Part shown: positions 12,156-26,163 of the stretch, piece by piece | Numbering within the stretch: the first letter of the stretch is position 1 | Layout of the letters: each line of letters begins with the position of its first letter | Source of the DNA: the human T2T-CHM13v2.0 reference genome, Homo sapiens | DNA length: 64,000 nt | Strand: one strand, 5' to 3' | Assembly (NCBI RefSeq): GCF_009914755.1 | Contig: NC_060929.1 | Notes under the pieces: model-generated | What the model was told of the DNA's origin: nothing | Database searches by the model: none | What the model saw: only the letters and a program-made list of their open reading frames with translations | Made by a program: the position numbers and the translations under genes

Positions 12156-12379
12156 TGGGTTTCATTCTTGTCTGCAGTTACTCAGCTTCTCAGGCTGTTT
12201 TGGGCACTGGCTGAACACCCAGCCCCTCCTGGAGTGCCAAGGCCATTGCATGATGAGGGTCAACCCTGCCCCAGGAGGCAGCAGGAATTTGTCTGCAGTG
12301 GGAGCGTGGTTGCGAACAGTTTGTGTACCTTCAATGTAAAGTAAAGGAAAGGGGAGGGATAACCATAACCACCACTACC

Positions 12380-12640
12380 ACCAAGAGCTATGATGGATCA
12401 GGTGCTTAGTTGTTAGGCACCAGGCTGAGAGTTTCACATGGTCTGTCTGACTTAATAGTTACATTCTATGAGTCAGATCTTATTAGTTATTACCACCTCC
12501 ACATTAAACATGAGAAAATTGAGGCTCAGAGAGATTAAGTCACTTGCCCAAATTCACAAAGTCAGGGAGAGGTTGAGCTGGGTCTCAAAGCCAAGTTCAT
12601 CTGACTTCAAAGCCCAGACTCTCAATCACCAGGCTTTGCT
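12380..12640 (-). mobile_element. MIR
   Basis: atgagaaaattgaggctcagagagattaagtcacttgccca core. Confidence 0.75.
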
Positions 12641-13334
12641 GAATGCCATTTGGAGCTGAAGGGCCTTCATTTTCTTAGTCCTTTCCAGCTCATCCACAGG
12701 GAAAATGGCCCCTTTGTCATGCAAGCAAGGTTGGAAAGTGTGCACACATGTGTGCAGGTTCACATGCAGTCTCTGTGCAGCAGGTACTCCTGGAAGTCTT
12801 TGCACTTAGCCTAGTCCTGCAACCTAGAACAAGGATGCAAAGGTCCAGACTCCTAGTGTGAAAAGCTCAATGGAAAGGACAAAAAGAAGCATTTGCATCA
12901 GCAAAAACTGTCACATTTAGGGATGTGTCTGAAGCCAACAGCTGATTTAGGTCTCTCTTAACTGGCACATGTGTCTTTCTTTGTCTGGCAAACACTCTTC
13001 AGGCTGCAAACTGATTTAATAGAACTAGCATAAAAACAAACATACAAATCAAACATCTGAGTGTCTTCCCGCACCAGCAAAAACAATGGGAACATCTGAT
13101 GGGGATTTCAGCCATTTGTGCTCTGTATTGATTTGCCCTAGTTCCTCAGATGCTTCCTTAATGATCTGTCATTTGCAAACATGTGACTAAACACAATATA
13201 TTTCTAGCAATACAGAAGTCAACATGATGCCAGGGAGCCTGGCAGGGGCACGGCCGGCACAGGGGCATGTCTGCAAGTCACCTGGTTAAAAGGTCCTGGA
13301 GTGTGTGGAAACACTGGTGGTGGTGGTGGTGGTG

Positions 13335-13590
13335 ATAATATGAACATTTACCATTTATTGAGGGCTTTTGATATGTCAGACACTGTCTTCCTTGCACACT
13401 GGCTCAAATTATTTTTTTCAACAGTACTATGAACCAAGTAGTATTATTAATATACTCATTTTACAGATGAGGAGATAATGGTACGAAGAGGTCAATTTTC
13501 CTAAGGTCAGGTAGCTAGTGAATGGTGGAGCCTGAATTTGAATCCAGGTTGGTCTGGTTGAAGTCCCTGTGTTCTTAACCCTTAGGCTAT
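13335..13590 (-). mobile_element. MIR
   Basis: catttattgagggc...cattttacagatgagga...cctgaatttgaatccagg. Confidence 0.75.
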
Positions 13591-13930
13591 CCTGCCTCCC
13601 ACCCAGAAGCCACTTTTGTGGTTTCTTAACTCTTTCCCATCTCTCTCAGCCTTCCTTGACTTGGGAACTCTTGTTAGGATGTCCAGATCACGCTGAAGGA
13701 AGGAAGCCCCATGTTTATTCTTCCTTTAAGTCATCCTGGGCTAGTTGGTTGGACCAGACAACTTAGACCCCAAAGGTTCAGTTCCTGATGCTTCCCTATG
13801 CTGGAAGAAGGCTAAAAAGGAAGGTTCCTTTCAAGGTTATGCTCTGGGCCCACCTTCTGGGGCAGTCCCTTTCTGGCCTCTCTCTTTCTTTACCATTGGT
13901 CCTCATGGTTCTTCAGAAAGGTAGACTGTT

Positions 13931-14232
<302 letters not shown>

Positions 14233-16429
14233 AAGGTAAAGTGTATTAGACTCTCCCATCCAGTTTACATGTTTGATCCATAGAGAAGATGAGGAATGTA
14301 GGCATATCTGAGAAAAGCCATTCCCAACCTGTGCTGTGTGTAGACACCTGGTATTGCCTACAGAAAGCAGAGGTACAGACACAGCACAGAGCCAGATTTG
14401 CTTTGCTTATTCTGTGCATGTGCTCAGATGCCACAGAGGAAATTATTTTTTTGTCTTAGAACAAAATGGATGAAGAATTGCATGGGAACTTGAGACTAAA
14501 TCGTTCTGTGATGACACACACATATACATGTGCAGATGTTTTTGCTTTTTACATTCTTTTTAGTAGCTTCCAAACAGTGCAGTGTGCTCACTTTCTCCAT
14601 GTTATGTTATTTAATCTTCACGGGAGATTTCTAGGTAGGTATGATGACCCCCTTTAGGCAAAGTGGGGAACTGAATGAGGCATGAAGATGTTAAGGAATG
14701 TGCTTAAAGTAAGAGGCAGAACAAGGATTCGAACCCCCAAGTGTGGATCCCAATGCTCTGTTCCCAGTCACTCTGTCTGATCAGCTTCTCCTTCGTACCA
14801 CCTGCTCCCATCCCACCCTATCACCCCTCCTTCCATGTGACAGTCCCTTACATGGAAACCTGGTGCTCTCAGAAAATCCAAGAGTCACTGATGTCCATGA
14901 TTTCTAGAACATTCCAGCTCTCTGGTTCTGTTTGCTGGTTTGTTTTGTTGTGTTTTTAATTCTGTGTGTCTTTTAAACCCCCTGGTGGCTGGTAAGAATG
15001 GAATATTTGCTATTGTTAAGTGGCTGCCTCCCTATCTCAGAGAGACACTGTGGTTAAGGGGAGGCAGGGTGAAAACTGGGGCTATTTCCCCTGCCAGATG
15101 CTCTCACTTGTGACTGGACACGGAAGCCTGTCCATAGCCCTTCTTCATGGAAGACATTTAGCTTCCATAGCAGAAGATACGAGACACGGGATACCACCAT
15201 GGGGAGATACAGAGCAAAAGTGGAAGAAGATGGGACTCTAAAGACAGATGGTCCCTCCAGAGCTTTTGAAGACTCATGAGGGCGTCTGAAGACCACAGAG
15301 CAGATGAACATGTGGGTCTCTGGGGCTTCCCATAATCAAAACCTGCTGGAAGCCAGAGCTGGTTCAGAGAACCGACAGGGTGCAGTGAGAACGGTGCCAT
15401 CGGTGGGAGCTCAGCTTCGAAGAAAATCTGCAGTGAATCATCATCTCACTGTGGGTTCTCTGGAAGAAAACTATTTTTAGAGGAATGGGCTCTGGTATTC
15501 GGGGACACCAGCACACACTCCTCTGAGCTGCTTTGGCTTTGGAAAACACTGAAGAGAGTCTGCGAGACTGTTTTGCATGAGAGATAGGCAACCCCCTCCC
15601 CTTCCCCTAAAGTTGGGGAGTGCAGAGCCCCACCCAAGGTTAAGGCAATTTAAGAGAATCACTAGTAGCTAAGGATTGAGAATAGGGAGTGGAGAGCTTA
15701 ACACAGTACCAAGCATTCCTAAGGAGAAAGTACAAATCTGGATTATATGGGTGGCCATGGACAAGGAGTGGAATTCTCAATAAGAAAAAAAAAAAAAAAA
15801 GACATTTGGATGTCTTTGGAATGATAAATCAGATAACTCCTATTCATCCTGGGGTGCATCCTGCTGTTTCAACTCTCTGCTCCCTTTTTTCTCATCTTCC
15901 CACCCATCTGCGTAGAAGACTTTTAGGCCATCACACAGGTCCCCAGGTACATGGAAGAAGCAGGATCCCCCCTCCAACCTGCTCTCAAGTTCTCTCTTAC
16001 ATGTCACCTCTCGAACTGCCCTATCCAGCCATAGAAACTTGCCGCCTCTGCTTTAATTTTTCAGTTTCATTTTATCACAGAGGAGGAGGAGGCAAGCACA
16101 GCAAGAAAAGTCCTCGGCAATCCATCTGGTAGACCGTGGGTGCCCAATACGCAGGGGCAGTCTTATTTACATATATGAATACATTTGCATGAAGATGAGC
16201 TACTCCCAGGTTCAAGTCATAATGCAAGTGGCTAGCCTAGTTCCAGAACCTATTCTCTCAACCATAACCCTTCAAAGAACTGACCTATGTTTACGGAGGG
16301 ATCTTTTGTGTAGGTAGCTCCAGCTCCTAGGATGTGGTTTCTAACCATTGTCATCATCCTAATAAAGGTCGTGGTGATAGTTGTAGTAGTTGCCAGTATG
16401 AACTAACAACAAGCATTGTTAATATAGTA

Positions 16430-16630
16430 TATCCTACGGACCAGACACAATGCTAAGCATTTTACTATATTCGTTCACCTAACTTTCATAAGAACCAGTA
16501 AGGAGGTGCCATTAGCCTCTGCGTTTTGCAACTGAGGAAACCAAGGCTCAGAAAAGTTATCTGCCCATGGCTACAAGGCAGAGCCAAAGCTGGAATGTAT
16601 GTCTGCTGGGATCCACAGTCTATACTCTTA
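16430..16630 (-). mobile_element. MIR
   Basis: tgctaagcatttta...tgaggaaaccaaggctcagaaaagtta. Confidence 0.65.
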
Positions 16631-17644
16631 ACCTCTTGGTTGTATCTCCTTATTTCTGGAAACACTCTAGCTAGGATGATCATTCTCAGACTTTTGGATT
16701 TCAAAGACAAGGTGGTGACAAGACCTTTTATTTTGCCAATTATGGCAATCTGTGTGTATCTACTATACAATACACATAAAGTATATTTATACAATAATTA
16801 CACATAGATAACACACAGAGACTACTCTGTCTTCAGTGGCTATCATTTTATAAAATAAAAGACATTTTTAAAAACGATGATAACAAAATAAGGAAGTCCA
16901 AAAACTGAAAGGATGCTCCTTTAAACTGAATATTTTTGCTCAATAGAAAAATATCACATTGTTCTTGTTTTTCTCACTTTACCTGATATCAGAGAAAAAC
17001 TCAGTCGTAATAGACAGGCTTTTGGCAATTACTGTTCTAGCTTGTCAATGTTGCTTTTAAAATTCAACACATCCAGGTGTGAGTCCAACCTTTCAGGTAT
17101 GGTCTGGCCTGCACAGAGCCCACCTCTCATGTTGTTATCTGCAATTTCTGTCTCCTGGAGAGCTGAGCTGTGTATCCACGAGGTCCAAACTGAGAGTATA
17201 GAGATGTGAAGTGGAAGGGGGGTGGCAGGCCCAGAGCCCCTCAATCAGGGCTGGGGTGGGCTCACTGGCTACAGCCTGGCTACCTGGACTGGACTCTTTC
17301 ATCAGACTGCAGTTTGGGAACCTAGCCGAGGGACGGTCTATGGCTGCCAAAGAGAAAAAAACCTGGCAGATGGAAGGAGAAAAGAATAAGGTAGGGCAGG
17401 GAAGGAAAGGAACGAGCCATAGGAATCTGAAATGAGATGAGGGCTGGCAGGAATTCTGTCTTGAACATCCACTGTGGGAGGGCCAGAGGCTCACTGTGGC
17501 TGGATGTTGAGGGAAGGGAAGTGAAGGTTAACTGGGTGGAGAAAGAGGTGGGCAGAGTGGGGAAGAGAAGTGGGAAGACCATGGGTAGGGCAAGGGAGAG
17601 AAGGGGAGAAATGCATCAAGGGAGGGAGAAAATGATGAAGGGGA

Positions 17645-17964
<320 letters not shown>

Positions 17965-18399
17965 GATGAAAGGGAAACAGTGCAAAAAGGAAAGAGAGCA
18001 AGGATAGGAAATAGGAGGAATGATGGAAGGAGGGAGATATTTAAAGTAAATTAGATAGCATGTTGGAAGGCCGTAGGAGGAGCAGGAGAAGTAGGTGAGG
18101 ACTAAGTAGATTCTGTAGAGGGAGCGCTCTCTAAAGCTAGAGCACTGGACCACAGGGACTGAAGGAGAGGTGCATTAAAACCCTAAGGGAATGAATTGTC
18201 AGTATTTGTGGAAAGGAAGGTGGAGGGCCGCAGAAGGCGGAGAGGGCAGGCAGAAAGGACTCTTTACTGACCAGCTCCTGCCTGCCAGAGGGTGCGGAGG
18301 CATGGGTTGTGTCTACTATGGCTGGAAAATGGGACTGTAAAGGAATTAAAGAAAAGCTGGCAAAGTAGGTGAAGAAAGAAGAAGCGAAGTCTCCACTCC

Positions 18400-18880
18400 A
18401 CTGTGGTAAGTCGTATGCTTCTTCCCGTTTCAATCAAGGTAAAGCCAAAGTCTTTAAAACGTCCCAGGATGCGGCCCCTCCTTACCTCTCTGATCTCATC
18501 CCCTGTTACCATCCCTTTTGTCTACTCTACTCCAGCCACACTGGCCTTCTGGAGCATCAGGCCCACTCCAGCCTCAGGGCCTTTGCACATGCGATTCCCT
18601 CAACCTATAATACTCTTCCTCCAGATAGCCATTTGGTTCTCTCGCTTATTTCATGTCCTTTTCTTATTTTATTTTTCTCCACAGAATCTACCTTCTGACA
18701 TGTTATCTAACTTACTTTACTTTGTTGCTTGTTTATCCCCTCCATCACTAGAAGGCAAGTGTCATACAGGCAGAAATGTGTCTGTTTTGTTTGTTTCTGT
18801 CTTTCCAAGCACAGAACAATGACAGGAAAATAGTGGGCTCACAACAGATGTTTACTGAATGAATACAAGAATGAATGAAG
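18400..18880 (+). mobile_element. L2 3' fragment
   Basis: ctccagccacactggccttct...cctcagggcctttgcacatgc...tgaatgaatacaagaatgaatgaa. Confidence 0.8.
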
Positions 18881-18929
18881 GAGTCAATGGTCATCAATTG
18901 GAATGCATTGGGAACAGAAGGGCACACAC

Positions 18930-18990
18930 AGGGAAGGGGAGGAGGGGGAAGAGGAGGAGGAGGAAGAGGAGGAAAGAAGAAAGGGGGGAG
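18930..18990. repeat. GA-rich / (GAG)n low-complexity tract
   Basis: gggaaggggaggagggggaagaggaggaggaggaagaggaggaaagaagaaaggggggag. Confidence 0.85.
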
Positions 18991-19663
18991 ATTACGACAA
19001 AGCAGAAAGGCAAGGGGAATATGTATCTTTTATTTGGAGGGATTTTACCTAATGATGTTCTCAGTAGAAGGGCTCCATATAATGATCTTTTTAATCAAGC
19101 CAACTAAAGGTGAAGGCAAAAAAATGAAAACAACTGTCGCTATTTAAAGAATAATCTTGAGGTCAGTGTTGACTGGCCCTCTACTCATTTTAGAATGAGA
19201 TACTGGCCATTTTCTAATGTATGAGGGGAGAGTGGACTAGACCGAACTATGTGGACAAACACATTTTACTGGAATTTTTGACATTCATGTATACACAGAG
19301 ACAAACACCATCTTGTGTCATTACCTAAAAATGATCTAATCTAGAGGACAAAAATCAGATCTGAGATAATTAAGAGCTCAGTCCCCCTCTCAGATAATGG
19401 TAGCTAAGAAATGAGTGAATCATTTGTTTATGTCCCACCACTTCCACCACTATTTTACAGAGTACCTGCCCATGTGCTGAGGACTGTATGAAGGGCTCCA
19501 CGTGTAGTATTACATTTAGTTTTCACAATGACCCACTGAGGTGTCATACTATAATTGTCACATTAATATAGGTGAGAAAACAAAGGATGAAGGAGACATT
19601 ATTTTACCTGAAGTCACACAGCTAGTAAACGGTATGGCCAGGATACAAATACAGCGTGACTCT

Positions 19664-19875
19664 AAGGGGAGTTTGCAAACTCATTGGGACAGGCCAGAGA
19701 GAACATACTTTTTAGGCCTTGTGGGCCATGCAGTCTTCTGTGACAGCTGCTCAATACTGCCATATGAGACCAGCCACAGGCAGGACACATATAAATGGAT
19801 GTGGAGGTATTCAAAAACATTTACAAAAATAGGCAGTGGGAACCCCTGGCCCTAGGCTATAGCTTGCTGATTCTG
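19664..19875. mobile_element. MER58A-like hAT-Charlie MITE
   Basis: ttttaggccttgtgggccat...gctcaatactgcc...tttacaaaaataggcagtggg. Confidence 0.75.
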
Positions 19876-20070
19876 ATCTCGAGTCTATGCTCTTGACCAC
19901 CAAGCTATCATAGCTGGGAAAGTGTGGAAGGACAGCAAAGAGATTCCTGAGTGTTTTTAATGGTCAGCTCCAGCAGCCCCACACGCTGATGGCCTAGTGG
20001 GTGATGGGCTGGGACAGGGAGCTGAATTCTCCAGCGACAGTTGTTGGGGGTGTCAGACAGGTGCACTTAC

Positions 20071-20212
20071 ATTTCGACGATGCCCTCCGGCAAATTGGCA
20101 GGAATCTCCATCAAGCCCTTTCCTCGACAGTCCACGATGTTATTGCTGCACGTGCAGGGCGAAGGGCAGGAGATGGAGTTGGCATTGCAGGATGGGGGCT
20201 CCGAGTGGGGGG
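20071..20212 (-). CDS. SLIT3: SLIT3 exon 9, D1-D2 linker and N-terminal cap (LRRNT) of D2: (A)[46 protein letters not shown](I)
   Basis: 142 nt. Acceptor ctccacag|CC, donor AT|gtaagt, phase 1-2. Has the CPxxCxC...VDC...L.EIP..LP LRRNT motif. Not in the ORF track; translated by hand. Confidence 0.98.
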
Positions 20213-21477
20213 CTGTGGAGCCAAGACACAACGGTCAACTTATGTCAGTGTCAGGAGCTGCCTGGGCTTCTGTGTCCTTAACCAGCATCCTAAGGGCAAA
20301 GCATGACCTGACAGCCATCTGAGAAATGATCACCAGCTGACATCTCCCTTCACCTGGGAGACACAGGTGCCACAGGCTAAATATTCAGCAAAGAGGAGAG
20401 AGTCTGACTTGACCTCACTGTTTGAGTTGCTCCGCCTGCTCTGTTATCCTGTCATCTCCATCTTTTGGAGAAAGAGGGGCCCTCAGAGTCAGTCACACAT
20501 GAAAATATGCTGCTAGAATCCAAAGAGCATATGATGGGACCACTTTCCCAGGATGCATCCTGGGGTTTTAGCTGGTATTGGACGCTGAGTGTAAACATAG
20601 CTTTTAGACCTTTCTCTAGTGGCTGCAAGCCACGGGGCTATCAAAACCAAGTGGCAGAATGTCCCCATTTGCGGCATTGATGTTGTCAAAGTGTTAATAC
20701 CCCCACCAGCAGCTACACCCAAGGCATTTCCAAATGGCTTCTTTGTCCAGGGAACATGCAAATAAAAGCTATCTCGCCTGAAAAAAAGGTGAATAAGTTA
20801 CTACAGATTTTGAAGCCAGCTGTTAATTTTGTTTGAGGTGAGAATCAGTGTGAATTTCAAGCAAAGTGACAGAAAGCCAAGCAAATAGTACCTAAGGAGC
20901 TCATTTAGAAAGCCAAATGTAGATAGACATATCCATTACTAACCCAACTCAAGATTCAAAGAGTCACCAGGAATCTAAATCACTTTCTGTGGTGGTCACA
21001 TTAAATCCTGAATACAAGAAGTAAATGCAAATGTTTTAAGGACATTGTAAACATTTGCATGCTATGACTATTCCCTCAAAGTGAGGTAAGACTCTTAATC
21101 ATATGGTTAGCTTTCCAAATGTGGATTTTTTGGTCCAAAACAGAAGCCCAACCCCACATCCCTCCCAGGACCTCATCCTACTGCTGCTGGATCCAGCTAA
21201 CAGGGGTTATTTCAATGTCTTTCCAGATTGTCCTCTCAGGGAAAAGAGCCATGACTGAGACCAAACTTAGATGAGGTCTGCAGATTGCCTCACTGCTTGG
21301 ACATGGGGCCTCTGGCTGGGGGCTCTTAATTGTAGATTAAACACAGAACATGAAAAAAGTCTGCAGGGAAAAAGTGATTTTTGGTTTGGCCCCTGTTCAC
21401 TGGAGAAACTGAGTCTAGGAAGCCAGAGTGGGTCTAGCTACAGGGATTGAGCCAGATGACCAGCAGAGCCTGGTGTC

Positions 21478-21540
21478 CCGTTTGGACGCGGACGCTTCAA
21501 ACAGAAGGTGGTGCGCTCTCCGCGTTCAATAGTCCTCGTG
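21478..21540 (+). promoter_or_regulatory. Candidate CTCF site in a CpG micro-cluster
   Basis: ACAGAAGGTGGTGCG at 21501-21515 resembles CCASYAGRKGGCRS. 8 CpGs in ~60 bp of otherwise CpG-depleted intron. Confidence 0.45.
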
Positions 21541-21959
21541 GCCCCAAGGGTGGATCCTCCTGCAGGGGCTCCAGTTGACATCTACAGCTTAATTTGGAAC
21601 GTTTACCTCCCCAGAAAGTGCCAGCCCAATGACCAAAGATTCTTATTTCCCTCGACCTCACTTACATATACACAAAACAAAAACTGAAAAAATGGCCTCA
21701 TAGTGGGGATGTTTGAGAAAATATTCTTGTCCAGGGTACATGGACCTCAAAGTTGCCAGTGCTACACAAGTGGATCTAATGGAGACCATGGAAAATGCCA
21801 GAAAGATGATGACTTACACTGAATTCCCAGCTGGAACATTCTCCTAGAGAGAGTGGTGATGCTGGCCTTGTTCCAAACTGGGAAAGCCTTTATACTTCTG
21901 AGAAAGTGGCAACCACAGAGAGCCAACCTGTAAGAGACTCAGCTCAGGAATGGGAGAGT

Positions 21960-22192
21960 GTTGTGGCTGAGAATGTGGGCTCTGGGTCCTACTGCCTCTA
22001 TCTGATTCCTGGTTCTATCATTTCATCATTATTTCCCTGTGCCTCAGTTTTCCCATCTGTAAAATGGGGAAAATAACAATACTTATTTCATAGCATGGTT
22101 TTGTTGTGAAGGCAAAGGTAGGTAATGCCTGAGACGTCTTTATTAGAATACACGGCACAGGGTAAGAGTTTGGTAATGTTCATTGTTATTAT
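21960..22192 (+). mobile_element. MIR
   Basis: tgtgcctcagttttcccatctgtaaaatgggga core. Confidence 0.75.
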
Positions 22193-23239
22193 TGGGCCTG
22201 CTCTGCTACAAATTGTTTGTAAGACTTTTGGCAAGTCACAGTACCTCTCTCTGAGCTTTTTTTGGTGCCATGTCAGTGAATAAGGAGTTTGGATTGCATG
22301 ATTACTGAAGTTCTTTCTGAGAAGGAGTGAAAATACCTAACATCTTTACCTCCCCTGCTCCACCTCTCTTTGCAGACAGCAAAGGGAATTCTACGGTGTG
22401 AAAGGCTCCCATCCCATCACCCACATCGAAGGGAGGTTGGGAGCAGTTGGCCTCAGATGTCAGGGTGTTTGAAGTACAGATGGCGTTCCCTAAAGAAAAC
22501 TGCGGAGCCTGGCCTTCCACATCAAAAGGAGAGCACACCTGACAAAGCCAGGGAGAAGTCCCACACTTGGGACACCTTCCTGTTTGGAAATGTCAGGAAT
22601 GGGAGTCTGAACTCTTGCATTTTCCATCTGTTCAGGTGGAGGGACTGGATGGCCCTCCCTCTTTTGATCTGTGAAATATTACTTGAATGGGGTGTGTTGG
22701 AAAAGGGGAAAGAAAGATACCATATTCAAGGGCTTATAATGGCGGTGGAAGTTCTAACATGGAATTCTTCCAAAAGTACCCCTTTCTGACTTCCAGGCTG
22801 AAATTAATTCTGTTCTAAACCAGACCCAGGGCACAGCCTTGAGTCCCTCTGGGAAGTGGCTGGGTCTTCCGCAGGGTGACTCCCATTCTGTTTGGCAGTG
22901 TGTGCTACATTTCAAGGGATGCTGTCAAGGCAAAAGAAGTCTTTGAAAAAGATTCCTTAACCAGGTCACTAACACCACCTTTAATTAGGCAGAGAGAAAC
23001 AATGGTAATTATAGCCTCTGATAGCACCCTGGGCTGGCAGCTCACCAGCCAGGCATTCGCACATGGTGAGGACGTTACCTTCCTGTTTAAACGAAACACT
23101 TCTGGCTTACAATGAGGTTGAAAGATGGGTTCGTTTTCCCTAGAAACATTCTCCTGTGATCGATGCCAATGGACCAAGCCCATTCCCTGTGGGCCACGGA
23201 GAGCTAGATGGCAGAAGTCCCTCCACTTTGCTCCCTGTC

Positions 23240-23370
23240 TGGACTGAGATTGGAATGTAAATTCCATAATGGCAGTGGTGTTTTTGGTCTTAATCACTGG
23301 TGTACTCTCAGTGCCTAAAACAGGGCTCCATACAAAGCACGGACCCATAAGCATACCTTGGCTAAATGAG
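23240..23370 (+). mobile_element. L2 3' terminus
   Basis: ttggaatgtaaattccat...tcactggtgtactctcagtgcctaaaacagggc. Confidence 0.6.
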
Positions 23371-24849
23371 AAGATAAGTACATAAGGACACTCGCCCAGA
23401 AGCCTGGCACATGTGGAGGGGCTAAATGTCACAAAGCTACAGAGGTGAGTGTTCCTTCTGGAAGGGCCCTGAGGGAAGCTTCCTGAGTTTTGAGTGCCTG
23501 GCCTCTGGTAGGTAGGATGAGCTGTAGAATGGGGAGGTGGAGTGGCCGTGGGAGATGGGACTCTGTCTGCAGCTCTCTTCTTTCCACCACAGCTTTCCAT
23601 GCTGGCAAAATCACTTGTCCAAGTCACCTGGGGCCCCTCTGAGCCTATCTCACTTGCACAAGCCAGGGTGTCCTAAGCAGTCTACTGAGCTCTGTCAGCA
23701 AATCCACCCCTTCCAGCCCTTACTGTCCACACATGTTGGGGAAGGTAGAGGCAGTGGATTTCCAAGGAGGACAAAGTAAGGAAACACCTACCTTTTTACC
23801 CAGCAAATTATATGACTGTAAGTTGGGAAACAGAGAGGAATGGGAATAGCAATTTTATATTGGGATAGAAGGAATCACTTTCTATATCTCCGATGAAAGC
23901 ATCTGTCTGCATGCACATGTGTGTTCCTCTTGTACAGCATGCTCTTATGGCGGTCTCATGACCCACACTGTCCTTGAGTGAGCCTATGTACTGGCAAGGA
24001 AGGTGGCCTTAACTCAGAGCACAGTGATGCACCAGGCTATAGAACCCCTGTTATAAGATGTTTTGATTAGGAGCATGTGGACTTGCTCTGCATGTCTTCA
24101 TTTTTAAATAAGTGTCCACACTATCTGCTCTTGGAGCTCTTTCAGTGGCACTAAAATGCTGCTCTGCTGGGGTGGATTTCTTCTCCAGAAAAGGGGGCTG
24201 AGGATGTGGCTCAATACGCGTCTCCCCTCTGGGGGGGACTTGGTCACCACTTCGGCTCTGGGCTCTCTATCTGAAGCCAAAGCTGTCTTTGTGCCAAACG
24301 GGGCAGAAACTACAATTCCTAACCTTCAGATGTCTTTAAGGCCCCCTGGACCATGGCCTGATGACTTCAAGGGGGACAGAGCAGAGCCTGGGAGAATGGA
24401 GGCCCCTCCCAGCTCCTCACTGATCATCAGTGGTGCTGCCTCCGGTCCAGGGAACACTCAAGTGAGTGAGAGGGGAGGGATGCGTCTCCAGCCCAAACTC
24501 TCACAGGGAAAGTCCCTGCGGCTGCTTGCATGGGTATTGTGCCCAGTATCCCATCTCTGCTGCTTGTATAACTCCCCCTGAAGTTATCAGAGGGAAGAAA
24601 GACTGAGCCATAACCAGGGACCTGCCTCCTGCCCAGCCACATTGTTCTTCTCCTAAATGGTAAAATGGGGATGATTATCAAGGTGAAAGCGAAAGGTCCT
24701 AACTTGCCTGCTGAGATGAGTGGGAAAAAGACCACCAAATTTCACACTTAGATGGGCCCATGGAGATGGCAAGGAAAGAGAAGCCCTGAGAGAGGAGGGG
24801 ACTTGCCCAAGGACACAGTGGGGTCCAAACTAAGAGTAGCCATCAGTCT

Positions 24850-25040
24850 CGTAATAGCAACTAACATGTATTCAATGTGTACTATGTGCCAGACACTGCA
24901 TTGAGTGCTCTGTATATATTATCTCACTTGATCCTCATAAAACCCATGATTTAGGTTCCATTCTTTTTTTCCCCCTTAGCATGAGATGAGGAAACTGAAT
25001 AGGGGGTTAAGCAAACTGTCCAAGATCATAAAGCTAGTGA
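24850..25040 (-). mobile_element. MIR
   Basis: tactatgtgccagacactg...gatgaggaaactga...tccaagatcataaagctagt. Confidence 0.7.
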
Positions 25041-25277
25041 ACAACAATGTTTTAATGTTTAGCCCTGTGCTCTTCTTTCTGTCTGCTCTGCCAAAAGGAA
25101 CCCCAAATTCCTCCATTTATTGCCATGAAACTGAAAACCATCAGAGCCTTGGAATCTCAAGAGGTAGGAAGAGCAGGCTCAGGGACTGAGACACAGGTTG
25201 TGTAAGCTACACTAGAGATGATCAAACACTGTTGTGTTAGAGCAGTGTTTCTTTCTTTCCATCTTTAAAAAACCTCA

Positions 25278-26163
25278 TCCACAACGAGCTATCACCCCAT
25301 CCCAGTTTGAATGGTTATTACCAAAAAGACAAAAAACAACAAATGCTGGCACCAATGTGGAGAAAGGGGAACTCTTATACACTGTTGGTGAGAATGTCAA
25401 TTAGTACAGCTACAACGGAAAACAGTATGGAGGTTCCTCATAAAATTCAAAACAGAAGTACCATATTCAACAATTCTACTACTGGGTACATATCCAAGGG
25501 AAATAAAATCATTGTGTTGGTGAGGTATCTGCACTCCCATGTTCATTGCAGCATTAGTCACAGTAACCAAGATATGGGATCAACCTGTGTTCATCAGTGA
25601 ATGAATGGATACAGACAATGTGCTGTATATACACAGTGGAATACTATTCAGCCATAAAATATCCTGTCATTTGTAGCAACATGGATGGAACCGGAGGACG
25701 TTATGTTAGGTGAAATAATCCAGACACAGAAGACAAAATACCACATGATCTAAGTTATATGTGGAATCTAAGAAAGTTGATCTCATAGAAGTAGAAAGGA
25801 GAATGGTGCTTACCAGGGCCTGGGGAGGGTATTCGGGAGGAGGACATAGGGAGAGACTGATCCGCATGTATGAAGTTATGGTTAGAGAGGAGTGAGTTGT
25901 GGTGTTCTAGTGCCCAGTAGGGTGACTACAGTTAACAATATTGTGTTGCATATTTCAAAATAACTAGAAGAGAGCATTTTGAATGTTCCCAACACAAACG
26001 TATGAGGTGACAGACATGCTAAATCCTCTGATTTGATTTTTACATAATATATACATATATTGAAACATCACACTGTACACTATCAGTATGTTCAATTATT
26101 GTGTGTCAATTCAAAACAAAATAAAAAAATTTACAGAATATTTTGAAAGTCTGAACAACAACA
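25278..26163 (+). mobile_element. 5'-truncated L1 (L1MA-type): ORF2 C-terminal remnant plus 3'UTR
   Basis: L1 motifs (ggaatactattcagccataaa, gcaacatggatggaac, aaacatcacactgtacac). Target-site duplication aaaaaacctca at 25267-25277 and 26164-26174, preceded by ttt|aaaa. Confidence 0.92.

Noticed and set aside
12741-12756. Perfect 16-bp palindrome tgcacacatgtgtgca
   Set aside because: Short CA/TG low-complexity palindrome with no supporting context.
19997-20322. Three overlapping plus-strand ORFs (likewise 30836..31369 and 57986..58510)
   Set aside because: Antisense shadows of the GC-rich SLIT3 exons.
22905-23627. Longest ORF in the track (240 aa, minus strand)
   Set aside because: No recognisable domain, it runs through an L2 relic, and its composition is typical of random intron ORFs.
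25307-25600. 97-aa ORF with L1-like wording
   Set aside because: Degenerate translation of the L1 ORF2 3' remnant, not a gene.
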